Shown here: piece after piece, positions 1 to 8,070 of the stretch
Layout: each line of letters begins with the position of its first letter
Numbering within the stretch: position 1 is the stretch's first letter
Origin: a virus
Virus record (IMG/VR): IMGVR_UViG_3300017694_000005
Location: 1 to 44,089 of that record
Strand: one strand, 5' to 3'
DNA: 44,089 bases
Made by a program: the position numbers and the translations under genes
Notes under the pieces: generated by a model
Database searches by the model: none
Seen by the model: the letters and a program-made list of their open reading frames with translations, nothing else
What the model was told of the DNA's origin: nothing

Positions 1-33
1 GACCCGCTGGCCGACGACGACATTCCGTTCTGA
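1..33 (+). CDS. Partial CDS: duplicated 3' end (DPLADDDIPF, stop) of the SSB-like gene 43154-43999.
   Basis: Identical to 43967-43999 and in frame with the stop TGA at 31-33. Confidence 0.85.
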   Translation, partial: DPLADDDIPF

Positions 34-123
34 TGCTCGGCAGTTTTTGCCACTGGTGTCAAGTCCAGTGGCCCACATGGGCGGTATCACGCTGCCCTCG
101 TTGCGGGAGAAAGTAAATAAGCA
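1..123. repeat. Terminal overlap copy 1, identical to 43967-44089. It marks the window as a closed or permuted unit of about 43,966 bp.
   Basis: Base-by-base comparison of both window ends. The repeat starts inside the last 10 codons of the CDS ending at 43999. Confidence 0.95.
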
Positions 124-188
124 AGTTCGCTCAGGTTGCTGCCGCTAGTGCGGCAACCGAGGCTGTCATCGTCTCGGCACTTGAAAAG

Positions 189-1109
189 GTGCCGGGGCGT
201 GTAGCCCATATCGACGGAGATTATCTTTGCTACTACGCAGCAGGCAACGATGACTGTGAACCGGGAACGGCCCGCGCTATCGCGTTGGCTTTCGTACAGA
301 AGGCGCTTGATCGAACAGGCGCAGAGAAAGCCGTCATGCACCTTACTGCTAGCGGCTGTCACAAGGGGGAACGCTATCTCGCCGCTACGGTGAAGCCATA
401 TCAAGGACAACGATCAAGTGATAGGAGACCGAAGAACTGGGCCTACCTCCGTGAGTGGACCCAAGGCTACGAGGGTGACGCCTTCGTCAAGAAAGTATGG
501 GCCAGCCGAGAGGCGGACGATGGCATGGCTGCTTGCGCCGCTTTCGCTGTTCGTAACGGTCGCCTTGACGCAATTGTCACCGCAGACAAGGACATGCGAA
601 TGTTGCCGGGGGTCCACCTTGACTGGAAGGATCACAGCCTGCTGGTCGAAGTGCCCGAAGGAACGTGGGAAGTAGTAGACAAGAACGGCAAGGTCTACGG
701 GGATAAGTGGTTCTGGCTGCAAATGCTGCAAGGCGACGGAGCCGACAACATCCCCGGCCTTGAGTTCTGCTGGATGCAGACCGTCAAGTCTGCGCCAGAG
801 CGCATGATTAAGTGCGGACCCAAGACCGCAGAGAAACTCTTGAGCGGCATTGAAGCCAGCAAGGAGGCGTATGCAGTTGTCATTGACCAGTATCGTCGCT
901 GCTACCGGGGTATTGGCTCTGGCGTGGGTGACGACCGCTTTTGCGAGCAAGCCTGCCTCCTCTGGCTCAGGCAGGACAACAAGGCGGAAGTCACGAGCTT
1001 CGCACAGAAGTGGGGCTACTTGTTCGACGACGCCATGTGGCGGGCAGTTGCCCGTCTCGACGAGCGGGTCAAGAAGGGCCGCGCCGCTATCAACGCTTTG
1101 GGAAGCTGA
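189..1109 (+). CDS. 5'-3' exonuclease / flap endonuclease (FEN, PIN-like plus H3TH).
   Basis: 306-aa ORF with a GTG start. FEN motifs seen: IDGDYLCYY, READDGMAA, TADKDMRMLPG, LQGDGADNIPGL. Confidence 0.85.
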   Translation: MPGRVAHIDGDYLCYYAAGNDDCEPGTARAIALAFVQKALDRTGAEKAVMHLTASGCHKGERYLAATVKPYQGQRSSDRRPKNWAYLREWTQGYEGDAFVKKVWASREADDGMAACAAFAVRNGRLDAIVTADKDMRMLPGVHLDWKDHSLLVEVPEGTWEVVDKNGKVYGDKWFWLQMLQGDGADNIPGLEFCWMQTVKSAPERMIKCGPKTAEKLLSGIEASKEAYAVVIDQYRRCYRGIGSGVGDDRFCEQACLLWLRQDNKAEVTSFAQKWGYLFDDAMWRAVARLDERVKKGRAAINALGS

Positions 1110-1162
1110 GAACTTCCCACTCTCCGGCCTAGTAACGAAATGCTTATTGGAAGGACTACGAA

Positions 1163-1555
1163 GTGAGGCGACTTACCACTAGGGAGGTCGAGGTAATCCG
1201 GCAAGCACAGGTCGTCCAGCAGGGCGGCCGGTGTGCCATTTGCCAAGGCCCCATCACACCCAAGCCGCCATTCGACGCGGTGCTCGACCATGACCACAGC
1301 AGCGGGGCGATCCGGGCGGTGCTGCACCGTTCCTGCAATGCTCTGTTAGGCAAGGTCGAGAACAACGCGGCGCGCTTCGGCGTCCGTGACCTCGCGGCTT
1401 TCAGCCACGGTGTTGGCAAGTACCTGCAAATACACAGGACTAACATCACCGGCCTACTACACCCGACACACAAAACTGCGGACGAGAAGCGCATTGCTGC
1501 CAACAAGAAGCGCCGCACAGTACGAGCCAAGGCAAAGGCTACACCCAAAGGATGA
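1163..1555 (+). CDS. Endonuclease VII family (HNH-type) recombination endonuclease / junction resolvase.
   Basis: 130 aa with a GTG start. Motifs: CAICQGP...LDHDHSSGAIRAVLHRSCNALLGKVE (CxxC plus the DH-x-H...N core of the Endonuclease_7 fold). Confidence 0.8.
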   Translation: MRRLTTREVEVIRQAQVVQQGGRCAICQGPITPKPPFDAVLDHDHSSGAIRAVLHRSCNALLGKVENNAARFGVRDLAAFSHGVGKYLQIHRTNITGLLHPTHKTADEKRIAANKKRRTVRAKAKATPKG

Positions 1556-2766
1556 TTATGAATAAGCCCAAAGCTACCCTCTTCTCGGACGCCGAACTTC
1601 TTGCTGCTCTTGAACTGCACGAGCAGAGCATTCCCAAGACCGCCAAGTACCTGACCGCCGAGGGCCGGGGCCGCGTGACAGTGCAGCTTCTGCGCCAGTG
1701 GATTGCCCGGTTCGATCATGCTGAGCTTGGCGAGAGCTACGACCGTACCAAGGAACTGCTGCGGGTCCGCAACACGCAGGCCGAGAACAGCAAGCTGCGG
1801 CGGGATGCCAAGGCGCTAGCGGCGGCAGTCGGCACCAAGGAAGCGGTGATCGACGCCCTCACTCAGGTCGTTGCCGACTTCCCTGAGCGCCCTCCGGTCG
1901 ATTACAGGGCCTTCTACGGTGCGCAGGCCGGAACCCCCATTACGGTTGAGTTGCTCCTGAGCGACCTCCAAATCGGCAAATTGAGCCAGTCCTACAACAC
2001 GGACATCGCCCGCCGCCGCCTGTTTGAATACGCCCGCATGGCCCTGTTCCAGATCGAGCAGAAGGCCGCTGCTGGCTACCGTATCGAGAAGATCGTGCTG
2101 GGCCTGCTCGGTGACATTATCGAGAGCGACAAGAAGCACGAGAACTCTGCCAAGGCTACCGACAGCAGCACCAGCGAGCAGTTGTTCGATGCGCTGTCTA
2201 GCATCTTCGAGTTCGTGATCGAGCCGCTGGCGCGGCTGGGTATCCCTATGGAGGTTGTCGGCATCGTCGGTAATCACGACTGGGACGGCCACGGCATGAA
2301 CAGCTTTGAGCCGGGTAAGAGCATGTTCTCTTGGCCCCTCTACAAGTCGATGGAACTGCTGACTGCGCGTTGCGGTTACGCTAACGTCCAGTGGGTGATC
2401 CCCGAAGGCACGTACGCCATCGTTGACTTCTACGGACAGAAGGCGATCTACGAACATGGGTACGGTACGAGCAACACGGAGGCGAGCCTTAAGCGGCACA
2501 AGGTTAATCGCGCTGAGCAAGAACAGACGTATATCACGTACCTTCGCGTTGGCGACAAACACACAGTCACCAGCTACAACGCTGGACAGTTGGTGGTGAA
2601 CGGAGCTTTCTTCGGCGCTGGACCGGGCGGCGGAGAATACAGCGAGATTGCCGGTTACGCCAGCGTACCGGGCCAATGGATGGGATTTCACGTTAAGCGT
2701 ACCAAGCCCGGTATGCTTACTCTCTACGACAGCACTGTTATCCAGCTAGGAGGAGTTACAGCATGA
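1552..2766 (+). CDS. Calcineurin-like metallophosphoesterase (putative DNA exonuclease) with an N-terminal HTH-like region.
   Basis: 404 aa. MPE motif series: LLSDLQIG, LGLLGDIIES, GIVGNHDWDGHG, YEHGYG. ATGA coupling to the upstream gene. Confidence 0.7.
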   Translation: MIMNKPKATLFSDAELLAALELHEQSIPKTAKYLTAEGRGRVTVQLLRQWIARFDHAELGESYDRTKELLRVRNTQAENSKLRRDAKALAAAVGTKEAVIDALTQVVADFPERPPVDYRAFYGAQAGTPITVELLLSDLQIGKLSQSYNTDIARRRLFEYARMALFQIEQKAAAGYRIEKIVLGLLGDIIESDKKHENSAKATDSSTSEQLFDALSSIFEFVIEPLARLGIPMEVVGIVGNHDWDGHGMNSFEPGKSMFSWPLYKSMELLTARCGYANVQWVIPEGTYAIVDFYGQKAIYEHGYGTSNTEASLKRHKVNRAEQEQTYITYLRVGDKHTVTSYNAGQLVVNGAFFGAGPGGGEYSEIAGYASVPGQWMGFHVKRTKPGMLTLYDSTVIQLGGVTA

Positions 2767-3206
2767 GCCGACGTTGCATAAACTGTAAGTTCGATGCGCG
2801 CGTAGTAAAAGGCACTGACTGCGCGCCTTGCCTCGCAGACCCGGAAAATAAGCCGTTTTTTGAGCCTGTGGCCGAAGTCATCGCGGCGCAGGCAGCAGGC
2901 GAGCCTCTTTCAGGAGCACAAGGGACCGGAATGAAGTTCGACGGCGGCAAGCCCCGCTGGTCGCTGCTGATGGCCGGTATGAGCAAGGCGCTTGAGGGCG
3001 TGGCCAAGGTGCTGACCTTCGGCGCTCAGAAGTACGCAGCGCATAGCTGGCGCACCGTACCGGAGGGCAAGGATCGCTACCGCGATGCCCTATACCGACA
3101 CCTTGCTGCAATCGAACAGGGTGAGGAGCTTGACCCCGAGAGTGGCCTGCGCCATTGGGATCACGTTATCTGCAACGCCCTGTTCCTGAGCGAGCTAAAC
3201 CGTTGA
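2763..3206 (+). CDS. dATP/dGTP diphosphohydrolase N-domain-like protein (DUF5664-type) with an N-terminal CxxC...CxxC segment.
   Basis: 147 aa. Family signature recognised by eye: KFDGGKPRWSLL ... LTFGAQKYAAHSWR ... ALYRHLAAIEQGEELDPESGLRHWDHVICNALFL. N-terminus: CINCKFDARVVKGTDCAPC. Confidence 0.6.
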   Translation: MSRRCINCKFDARVVKGTDCAPCLADPENKPFFEPVAEVIAAQAAGEPLSGAQGTGMKFDGGKPRWSLLMAGMSKALEGVAKVLTFGAQKYAAHSWRTVPEGKDRYRDALYRHLAAIEQGEELDPESGLRHWDHVICNALFLSELNR

Positions 3207-3460
3207 TCTGGTCCGCGTTGCTGGTGTTCTGCACCAGCTTCGTGTTCATCTTCCTCAAGTCATGGCAACAGCTTAACGTGGTACACTACCAGCTATGGTG
3301 GATTGTGCCCACGAGCTTTGCTATGGCTGCGGCGGAAGTGGTCACGGTGTTCAACATGGCCCACAACGGCTTCGGGTGGGTAATCCTTCCCATCGGACTT
3401 GGTTCGGGTCTCGGCTCTCTGTGTTCGACAGTTATCCACAAGAGGACACGCAAAGCATGA
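3203..3460 (+). CDS. Small membrane protein (about 3 TM segments). An alternative TTG start lies at 3155.
   Basis: The TTG at 3203 overlaps the upstream stop (TTGA). Hydrophobic segments: LIWSALLVFCTSFVFIFL, WWIVPTSFAMAAAEVVTVF, WVILPIGLGSGLGSLC. Confidence 0.5.
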   Translation: MIWSALLVFCTSFVFIFLKSWQQLNVVHYQLWWIVPTSFAMAAAEVVTVFNMAHNGFGWVILPIGLGSGLGSLCSTVIHKRTRKA

Positions 3461-3549
3461 GAGTAGCCCTTTCAAAGCCGCTGCTGATTATCACCATAAT
3501 CAGCTATCTCGCAATCCTAGTGTATATGGGGGTAAATTACCATGGCTAA
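3457..3549 (+). CDS. 30-aa single-pass membrane peptide (MRVALSKPLLIITIISYLAILVYMGVNYHG).
   Basis: ATGA overlap with the upstream stop. Its own stop overlaps the ligase start, so it sits in a chain of translationally coupled genes. Confidence 0.4.
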   Translation: MRVALSKPLLIITIISYLAILVYMGVNYHG

Positions 3550-4435
3550 AGACTACATCATTCAGAAGGCCGTCGAGTTCGGCAAGGTCAAGAAAAAGAT
3601 TGCGGCAACGCTGGACCTGTCCACCTTCGAACAGCAAGCCAAGTATGACGGCTGCTGCGCCATTCTGATCTTCGACGAAGCGGCGCAGTATGCTGGCTGC
3701 TACAGCCGAACGGGGGAAGAATACCGCAGCATGGAGCTTGTGGGCAACGCCATGCAGGCTTGGGGCATCAGCACCTTCGGCAGCTTGGATACACCGCTAC
3801 GAAGCATGGCCGTCATTGGCGAGGCGTGGTGGCCCGGTAAGGGCGAGTTCAACAACATCAGCGGCGAGTTCCGCAGGGGCCAAGTCAGCGAGCGTCTGAG
3901 GCTTATCGTCAATGACGTGATCCCACTGGACGACTTCCGAGCCGGGGCCTGCGGTATCCCTTACGGCGAGCGTGTTGCGTGCTGGCGGTCATGGTGGTCT
4001 AGCCCTCTGTCCCGCTTCCAGTTCGCGGAGACTTGGGAACCGGGCAGCAGCGATCCGCAGGAACGGTGCAACCAGCTTGTGCAGATCGGCGGCTTTGACG
4101 GACTGGTACTTCGCGACCTGACAGGCAAGTGGGCAGTCGGAAGCGGCACCACCGGCGAAATCATCAAGATCAAGCAGAAGCTGTCCTTCGACCTCAAGGT
4201 CATCGAAATCAACTGCGTACCGGGAGCAAAGACAGGTCGTGACGTTTACAAACTCGTGTGTGAATTTCGTGGTCGTCGGCTTGGGGTTGGTAGTGGTGTT
4301 CCTCATAAGCTGGCAGAAGTCCCGAAGCTCGGGCAGATAGTCGAAGTCGAGGCTATGGACTACAGCAGCGACGGGCTGCTGCGGGAGCCTCGCTTTAAGG
4401 GCATCCGGTTTGACAAGATTAGCCCAGACGCTTAA
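3542..4435 (+). CDS. ATP-dependent DNA ligase.
   Basis: 297 aa. Adenylation motif I KYDG (QQAKYDGCCAIL), plus DGLVLRD and KIKQKLSFDLKV, which resemble motifs IV and V. Confidence 0.85.
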   Translation: MAKDYIIQKAVEFGKVKKKIAATLDLSTFEQQAKYDGCCAILIFDEAAQYAGCYSRTGEEYRSMELVGNAMQAWGISTFGSLDTPLRSMAVIGEAWWPGKGEFNNISGEFRRGQVSERLRLIVNDVIPLDDFRAGACGIPYGERVACWRSWWSSPLSRFQFAETWEPGSSDPQERCNQLVQIGGFDGLVLRDLTGKWAVGSGTTGEIIKIKQKLSFDLKVIEINCVPGAKTGRDVYKLVCEFRGRRLGVGSGVPHKLAEVPKLGQIVEVEAMDYSSDGLLREPRFKGIRFDKISPDA

Positions 4436-4563
4436 GCTCTATCCGGGCTTAGACCATATCGCGAACTTCTTGAACTCTCTGGACACGGAGGGCATGACAG
4501 TTTTGCAAGTGCGCTCCGCTGTCTACAGGGAGTGCATAGAACCAACGATAGTGGAGAAAATAC

Positions 4564-7047
4564 TTGCTGACACAGATCGAGCTTGAGAAAGAAATGGTTG
4601 ACGGTGGCCGCGCACGTATGGCTGCGATGATGCAGCGGAACGAGGACAAGGACAGCGCCACTAACAACCCGTATGCGTCAGCAGTGTTTCGCCGCTTCGT
4701 CCTCCCAATGGCTGCGGTCATGGAGGACGATATGGCCCACGTAGGGCCGGGACGGTCGAAGCCAGCACTCAAGATGCTCAAGCCGCTTGACACGAAGGTT
4801 GTCGCGTACTTGGCTGTACGGCACTGCCTTAATATATTGATGCAGGAGAAGGACTGCCAAGCCCGCCGAGTAACGCTGGCGCTAGGTAAGGCTGTCTACA
4901 ACGAGGCGCTACTCTCTGTCTTCGAGGACCAAGAGCCGAAGCTGTTCTATACGCTTGCTAACGATCTTGGGCGGCGTATGTCCAAGTCCGAGCGCTATCG
5001 CATGGTGTTCTACAAGGACCAAGCCAAGAAGGCGGGCATTGAGTTGCCGGAATGGGGCATCGACGGCGTAACGAAGGTCGGCGCATACATGGTGTCGGTG
5101 TTGGAGGGGCTGGGCTTTCTCAGCACGCAGCGCGTTCGTATGCCTTCGATCAACGGGTCGAAGACGACCTACCGGGACGAGATACACATTAAGCTCGACG
5201 CAGGTTGCCTTGAGCTTATCGGGAATATCAAGGACTTCATGATTGAAAGCTGCCCGGTCTACCTGCCCTGCGTCGAGCGTCCGCTTGACTGGATCGGCGT
5301 AGGCGACGGCGGCTGGCACACGAACGGCATGAAGCGCTCGCAGCCCTTCGCGATTAAGACGATGGGATCGTGGTCGGAATTGGCTGAGTACGACCTCAGT
5401 GCCCCGCTTAGCGCCATCAACGCGCTGCAATCGGTGCGCTGGCAGGTGAACCGGCAGATGCTCCTAGCGATCAAGGAGATTGCGAAGCACTTCGATACCG
5501 AGGAAATCATCAGCGCCAAGCCAGAAGCTAAGCCCATACGGCCCTACTGGCTCAGCGAGGATATGAAGAAAGAGGACATGAACGAGGATGAGCAAGCCGA
5601 GTTTAAGGGCTGGCGGCGTGCAGCAGCAGAGTGGTTCACTCAGCAAAAGCTGCGCGGCACCAAGTACGGCAGGTTTGGCCAAGCACTTCGCGTTGCAGAG
5701 AAGTTCGAGGAATACCCCGAACTCTACTTTGTCTACTTCGCAGACTTCCGTGGACGACTGTACGTGCAGACAACAGGGATTAGTCCTCAAGGCAGCGATA
5801 TGCAGAAGGCCCTGCTCCGCTTCGCAGAAGGCAAGCCACTAAGGTCGCCAGAGGCGGTCATGTGGTTTAAGGTCAACGGAGCCAACAAGTACGGTTTCGA
5901 CAAGGCCAGCCTGAGCGACCGCGCCGAGTGGGTAGACGAGCGACGTGACATTCTGCTGCGGATTGCATCGGACCCCATCACCTACCGCGACGACTGGATC
6001 GAGGCAGATAGCCCGTTGCAGTTCCTCGCATGGTGCTTCGAGTATAAGCGTTGGATCGACGATCCGTGCAACTTCAAGTCGCACCTGCCGGTTGGCATGG
6101 ACGGTAGCTGCAACGGATTGCAGAACTTCTCCGCAATGCTGCGGGACGAGGTTGGCGGCAAGGCTACTAACCTGCTGCCGGGGCTGCGACCTAATGACAT
6201 CTACCAGATGGTGGCGGACGTTACGACACAGTTGCTGCTCGCTGAGCCTGAGAAGGAAGTGCCCGAAGCTGACGGTACGGAAGAGGGCGACAAGGCCCAT
6301 CGGTACTACAAGAACGAGAACCGCTTCAAGCGCATGTGGCTACTCCACGGCCTGACGCGCGGCCTAGTCAAGCGGTCGGTCATGACCAAGCCCTACGGCT
6401 CGACGCGGTTCTCTTGCGCTGACTTCATCGTGGGCGACTACCTCAAGACTGGTAAGGCACCGGAGTTCGCCAAGGAGGACTATCACCTTGCGGCTCGCTA
6501 CCTCTCTCGCTTTGTATGGGAGGCCATCGGGCAGGTTGTGGTTAAGGCGGACGAGGCCATGACGTGGTTGCAGAAGGCATCTTCGACCATCCTCAAGGAC
6601 GAGGATCATATCCGCTGGGTCACACCGGACGGGTTCCCGGTAATCCAGCGCTACCAGAAGCAGAAGGAGATACGGGTTCACACTAAGCTCTGCGGCTCCG
6701 CTAAGGTGGTCGTTGGCAGCGACACCGAGGATGCCGACAAGAATGCTCACAAGAACGGTGTAGCACCGAACTTTGTGCATAGCTTGGATGCTACCCACAT
6801 GCGGCGTGTAGCGGACAAGGCTCGGTCTGAGGGTATTGTTAGCATGGCCATGATCCATGACGACTTCGGTACTCACGCTGCTGACGCACAGAGGTTCTAC
6901 GAGATCATTCGTGAAACCTTTGTGGACTTGTACGAGAATGCGGACCCGCTTAAGGCTTTCGCTGAACCGTATGGCTTGCCTAACACACCCAAGGCTGGAA
7001 GGCTGGATTTGCGCCTTGTGCTGCAAAGTCCTTATTTCTTCTCCTAA
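4564..7047 (+). CDS. Single-subunit DNA-directed RNA polymerase (T7/phiKMV class).
   Basis: 827 aa with a TTG start 9 nt after GGAG. T7-RNAP-like segments: MDGSCNGLQNFSA, VMTKPYGST, APNFVHSLDATHMR, MIHDDFGTH. Confidence 0.97.
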   Translation: MLTQIELEKEMVDGGRARMAAMMQRNEDKDSATNNPYASAVFRRFVLPMAAVMEDDMAHVGPGRSKPALKMLKPLDTKVVAYLAVRHCLNILMQEKDCQARRVTLALGKAVYNEALLSVFEDQEPKLFYTLANDLGRRMSKSERYRMVFYKDQAKKAGIELPEWGIDGVTKVGAYMVSVLEGLGFLSTQRVRMPSINGSKTTYRDEIHIKLDAGCLELIGNIKDFMIESCPVYLPCVERPLDWIGVGDGGWHTNGMKRSQPFAIKTMGSWSELAEYDLSAPLSAINALQSVRWQVNRQMLLAIKEIAKHFDTEEIISAKPEAKPIRPYWLSEDMKKEDMNEDEQAEFKGWRRAAAEWFTQQKLRGTKYGRFGQALRVAEKFEEYPELYFVYFADFRGRLYVQTTGISPQGSDMQKALLRFAEGKPLRSPEAVMWFKVNGANKYGFDKASLSDRAEWVDERRDILLRIASDPITYRDDWIEADSPLQFLAWCFEYKRWIDDPCNFKSHLPVGMDGSCNGLQNFSAMLRDEVGGKATNLLPGLRPNDIYQMVADVTTQLLLAEPEKEVPEADGTEEGDKAHRYYKNENRFKRMWLLHGLTRGLVKRSVMTKPYGSTRFSCADFIVGDYLKTGKAPEFAKEDYHLAARYLSRFVWEAIGQVVVKADEAMTWLQKASSTILKDEDHIRWVTPDGFPVIQRYQKQKEIRVHTKLCGSAKVVVGSDTEDADKNAHKNGVAPNFVHSLDATHMRRVADKARSEGIVSMAMIHDDFGTHAADAQRFYEIIRETFVDLYENADPLKAFAEPYGLPNTPKAGRLDLRLVLQSPYFFS

Positions 7048-7051
7048 TCCA

Positions 7052-7073
7052 ATTATGGACGCTCTAGAGAAAG
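7052..7073 (+). promoter_or_regulatory. Copy A of the exact 22-mer ATTATGGACGCTCTAGAGAAAG. Candidate phage-RNAP promoter or site-specific recognition site.
   Basis: Identical 22-mers at 7052, 19571 and 31311, all on the + strand. This copy begins 5 nt after the RNAP stop, at the head of the structural module. Confidence 0.5.
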
Positions 7074-7140
7074 TGGTTTATCCTAGCTCGGCCGTATCTA
7101 TATACTGGCTGAGACAGGGTAGCCGCTGGAAGGAATTAAC

Positions 7141-7311
7141 ATGGAAGCTGAACTGATCGTAAGACTATCACCGGAACAGTACCGCGTTCTTGAACGTAGA
7201 ATACTATCTGATGTGATCGTATCGGATAAGACCACTGACATTCAGGCTGGCTACATGCTAGGCATTCAGAAGGTTCTCCGCGAACTTAGGGAAGGGTTCA
7301 CCATTGGCTAA
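7141..7311 (+). CDS. Hypothetical small protein (56 aa).
   Basis: ATG 7 nt after AAGGA. Below the length cut-off of the ORF track. First ORF downstream of the 22-mer. Confidence 0.5.
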   Translation: MEAELIVRLSPEQYRVLERRILSDVIVSDKTTDIQAGYMLGIQKVLRELREGFTIG

Positions 7312-7747
7312 TGTCAGGCAGCTGGACTTTTCTAAGCCAGCAGACAGTGACCTGCTTTGGGATGCCATTACTGAAAAGGGCGCAAGTGTCCTGAGCCTTA
7401 ATGGAAAGGTAGCACATACGCTGCTCTATACGGCCACCACCTACGAGTTCCTAGTGGAGCTTGAGACGGTCTTTGTGGTCGGACCCTACTTGGTTGCCTA
7501 CGCAGTTCATACTCCTTGGTACTCTGACGAAGAAGTGCTATGCGATCTAATCGTAATGCGCTTAAACGACGACCCCGGCAGCTTGTCGGACGTGACAAAT
7601 TTTCTTGAGGACGAAGCTAGGCGACTAGACGTGCGATGGGTAGCGGTGGGAACACTGCTGGCTCCGCAGGACCAGTCGCTAGTTCGCGCCTATCAGCGTC
7701 AAGGCTACGAGGTAGCTGCGACCCAACTCGTAAAGGAGATTACCTGA
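7304..7747 (+). CDS. Hypothetical protein. The C-terminal LVRAYQRQGYEV weakly resembles a GNAT acetyltransferase.
   Basis: 147-aa ORF. TTG is the only in-frame start. Function is not supported beyond a weak motif resemblance. Confidence 0.55.
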   Translation: MANVRQLDFSKPADSDLLWDAITEKGASVLSLNGKVAHTLLYTATTYEFLVELETVFVVGPYLVAYAVHTPWYSDEEVLCDLIVMRLNDDPGSLSDVTNFLEDEARRLDVRWVAVGTLLAPQDQSLVRAYQRQGYEVAATQLVKEIT

Positions 7748-8061
7748 TGTGCTTGGGCCTTGGCCTGCTTGAGCGAGTTACGGGTGCCCGAGGCGCTCGT
7801 AAGGCTGCACAGCGTAACGCAAAGCGGCAGGAAGAACAGGCCCTGCTGCAAACGCAGGGTACGCAGAACCAGTTTGAAACTAACCTTGCCCAGCAGCGGC
7901 AGGCAACTAAGGTTGCTGAGCTTTTGGGTGTTCCCGTAGAGGGCACTGACGTTGCCATTGGTGACGGGGCTGGTGACGAACTTGATCCCACCACTGGCCG
8001 TCGCCGTACCGTGCGCTCCCGGTTTCAGATGCCTGCAACTAGCGGGCTAGTTATCCCGTAA
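7747..8061 (+). CDS. Small hypothetical (probably virion-associated) protein, 104 aa.
   Basis: ATG 8 nt after AGGAG, with a TGATG overlap to the upstream stop. It lies immediately upstream of the portal gene. Confidence 0.6.
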   Translation: MCLGLGLLERVTGARGARKAAQRNAKRQEEQALLQTQGTQNQFETNLAQQRQATKVAELLGVPVEGTDVAIGDGAGDELDPTTGRRRTVRSRFQMPATSGLVIP

Positions 8062-8070
8062 GGAGAAACG

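Noticed and set aside
49-72. Perfect 8-bp hairpin GCCACTGG/CCAGTGGC after the SSB-like gene (also at 44015-44038), considered as a terminator. A second hairpin lies at 135-157.
   Set aside because: The T-run precedes rather than follows the stem on the + strand, and no U-tract follows on either strand. I keep it only as a possible RNA structure, not as a terminator.
1-123. The end duplication as a genuine direct terminal repeat.
   Set aside because: It starts inside a coding sequence and lies far from the non-coding region where T7/phiKMV-type termini fall. This is typical of a circularised assembly overlap.
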